NCBI RefSeq assembly: GCF_036588685.1
Contig: NC_086380.1
Span: forward strand, 10,469,347-10,533,346
From: Mytilus trossulus
Taxonomy: Eukaryota
Reading direction: 5' to 3'
Length of the DNA: 64,000 bases
Below the pieces are notes generated by a model. That model did no database searches, was not told the DNA's origin, and saw only the letters and a list, made by a program, of their open reading frames with translations. A program made the position numbers and the translations under genes. This document shows positions 62,201 to 64,000 of this stretch, piece after piece. How positions within the stretch are numbered: position 1 is the first letter of the stretch; each line of letters starts with the position of its first letter.

Positions 62201-62480
62201 TCCGCGCATTAAAACGAATAAGTAACAGATGTGCATATAGAGAAAAACTATGTGCATATAAAGTAAACTATGTGCATATAGAGAACAAGTATGTGCGTAT
62301 AGAGAAAAAGTATGTGCATATATAGTAAAACTATGTGCATATATAGAAAAACTATGTGCATATATAGAAAATCTATGTGCATATAAAGTAAAATATGTGC
62401 ATATAAAGTAAACTATGTGCATATAGAGAAAAAGTATGTGCATATATAGAAAAACTATGTGCATATATTGAAAAGTATAA
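62200..62480. repeat. 22-bp minisatellite (gtgcatatagagaaaaactatgt), same family as 1600-1860
   Basis: Tandem units. The ORF 62177..62662 is an artefact. Confidence 0.85.
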
Positions 62481-62519
62481 GTGTATCTAAAAAGTACACA
62501 TAAGGCAGCTACGGCGTTC

Positions 62520-64000
62520 CATACACTGATGTAGGTGTGGTTTGATCTCTCCATAATAGCTTGTCCCAGGAGAAGACAAAATATCATAACACACTGATGT
62601 AGGTGTGGTTTGATCAGTCCATAATAGCTTGTCCCAGGAGAAGACAAAATATCATAACACACTGATGTAGGTGTGGTTTGATCTGTCCATAATAGCTTGT
62701 CCCAGGAGAAGACAAAATATCATAACACACTGATGTAGGTGTGGTTTGATCTCTCCATAATAGCTTGTCCCAGCAGAAGACAAAATATCATAACACACTG
62801 ATGTAGGTGTGGTTTGATCAGTCCATAATAGCTTGTCCCAGGAGAAGACAAAATATCATAACACACTGATGTAGGTGTGGTTTGATCTCTCCATAATAGC
62901 TTGTCCCAGGAGAAGACAAAATATCATAACACATTGATGTAGGTGTGGTTTGATCTGTCCATAATTGCTTGTCCCAGGAGAAGACAAAATATCATAACAC
63001 ACTGATGTAGGTGTGGTTTGATCTCTCCATAATAGCTTGTCCCAGGAGAAGACAAAATATCATAACACACTGATGTAGGTGTGGTTTGATCTGTCCATAA
63101 TAGCTTGTCCCGGGAGAAGACAAAATTCCATAACACACTGATGTAGGTGTGGTTTGATCTGTCCATAATAGCTTGTCCCAGGAGAAGACAAAATATCATA
63201 ACACACTGATGTAGGTGTGGTTTGATCTGTCCATAATAGCTTGGCCAGGCGAAGTCAAATTTACATAACACACTGGTGTGGGTGTGGTTTGATCTGTTCA
63301 TAATAGCTTGTCCCAGGAGAAGACAAAATATCATAACACACTGATGTAGGTGTGGTTTGATCTGTCCATAATAGCTTGGCCAGGCGAAGACAAATTTACA
63401 TAACACACTGGTGTGGGTGTGGTTTGATGTGTTCATAGTAGCTTGTCCAAGGAGAAGACAAAATATCATAACACACTGATGTAGGTGTGGTTTGATCTGT
63501 CTATAATAGCTTGTCCCAGGAGAAGACAAAAAATCATAACACACTGATGTAGGTGTGGTTTGATCTGTCCATAATAGCTTGTCACAGGAGAAGACAAAAT
63601 ATCATAACACACTGATGTAGGTGTAGTTTGATCTGTCCATAATTGCTTGGCTGGAAAAAACAAAATAACATAACACACTGATGTAGGTGTGGTTTGATCT
63701 GTCCATAATAGCTTATCCCAGGAGAAGACAAAATATCATAACACACTGATGTAGGTGTGGTTTGATCTCTCCATAATAGCTTGTCCCAGGAGAAGACAAA
63801 ATATCATAACACACTGATGTAGGTGTGGTTTGATCTGTCCATAATAGCTTGTCCCAGGAGAAGACAAAATATCATAACACACTGATGTAGGTGTGGTTTG
63901 ATCTGTCCATAATAGTTTGTCCCAGGAGAAGACAAAAAAATCATAACACACTGATGTAGGTGTGGTTTGATCTCTCCATAATAGCTTGTCCCAGGAGAAC
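62520..64000. repeat. 77-bp satellite of about 19 units, running to the window end
   Basis: cacactgatgtaggtgtggtttgatctgtccataatagcttgtcccaggagaagacaaaatatcataa units, with a few variant units (gccaggcgaagtcaaatttacataa). The ORFs 62924..63951 are artefacts. Confidence 0.9.

Noticed and set aside
62177-63951. ORFs with repeated MCYDILSSPGTSYYGQIKPHLHQCVMIFCLLLGQAIM blocks
   Set aside because: Translation of the 77-bp satellite and the 22-bp minisatellite. The repeat units are identical, which makes the protein-like periodicity.

Overview
This is eukaryotic, AT-rich, very repeat-dense DNA. The satellite families, (CTGT)n tracts and foldback/MITE content suggest a bivalve mollusc, Mytilus-like; that is inference from repeat content only. 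Two protein-coding loci are well supported. (1) An intronless 648-aa ORF on the minus strand (7487-9433) encodes a Mab-21/cGAS-like nucleotidyltransferase (cGLR-like). It has the GS...D-I-D motif, a third acidic-residue motif, the cGAS-type WR[IL]SFS..EK and YFIP..NLF motifs, and a roughly 300-aa C-terminal extension with a TPR-like helix pair. A frameshifted paralogous pseudogene lies 14 kb downstream (21556-23379, minus). Both sit inside a diverged direct segmental duplication of about 16 kb (about 5190-21100 and about 21100-28560). (2) A 7-exon BTB/POZ protein with nine C2H2 zinc fingers on the plus strand (44721-53207), whose introns are packed with a MITE, a 73-copy (CTGT)n tract and a 24-bp minisatellite. 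The rest is mobile or repetitive. It includes a 5'-truncated non-LTR retrotransposon RT fragment with 3' tail-sharing short copies, and several satellite and minisatellite families, three of them arranged as recurring minisatellite-linker-satellite modules. It also includes MITEs, a 1.33-kb near-perfect palindrome (59212-60543) with TTAA-containing ends nested inside about 2 kb of inverted satellite arrays, a second 2.5-kb foldback structure (38073-40606), and an element with long tandem-repeat TIRs (12480-14530). Most six-frame ORFs inside repeat arrays are artefacts of stop-free tandem repeats. No rRNA or CRISPR was found, and no bona fide tRNA; the only tRNA-like segment is best read as a SINE fragment.
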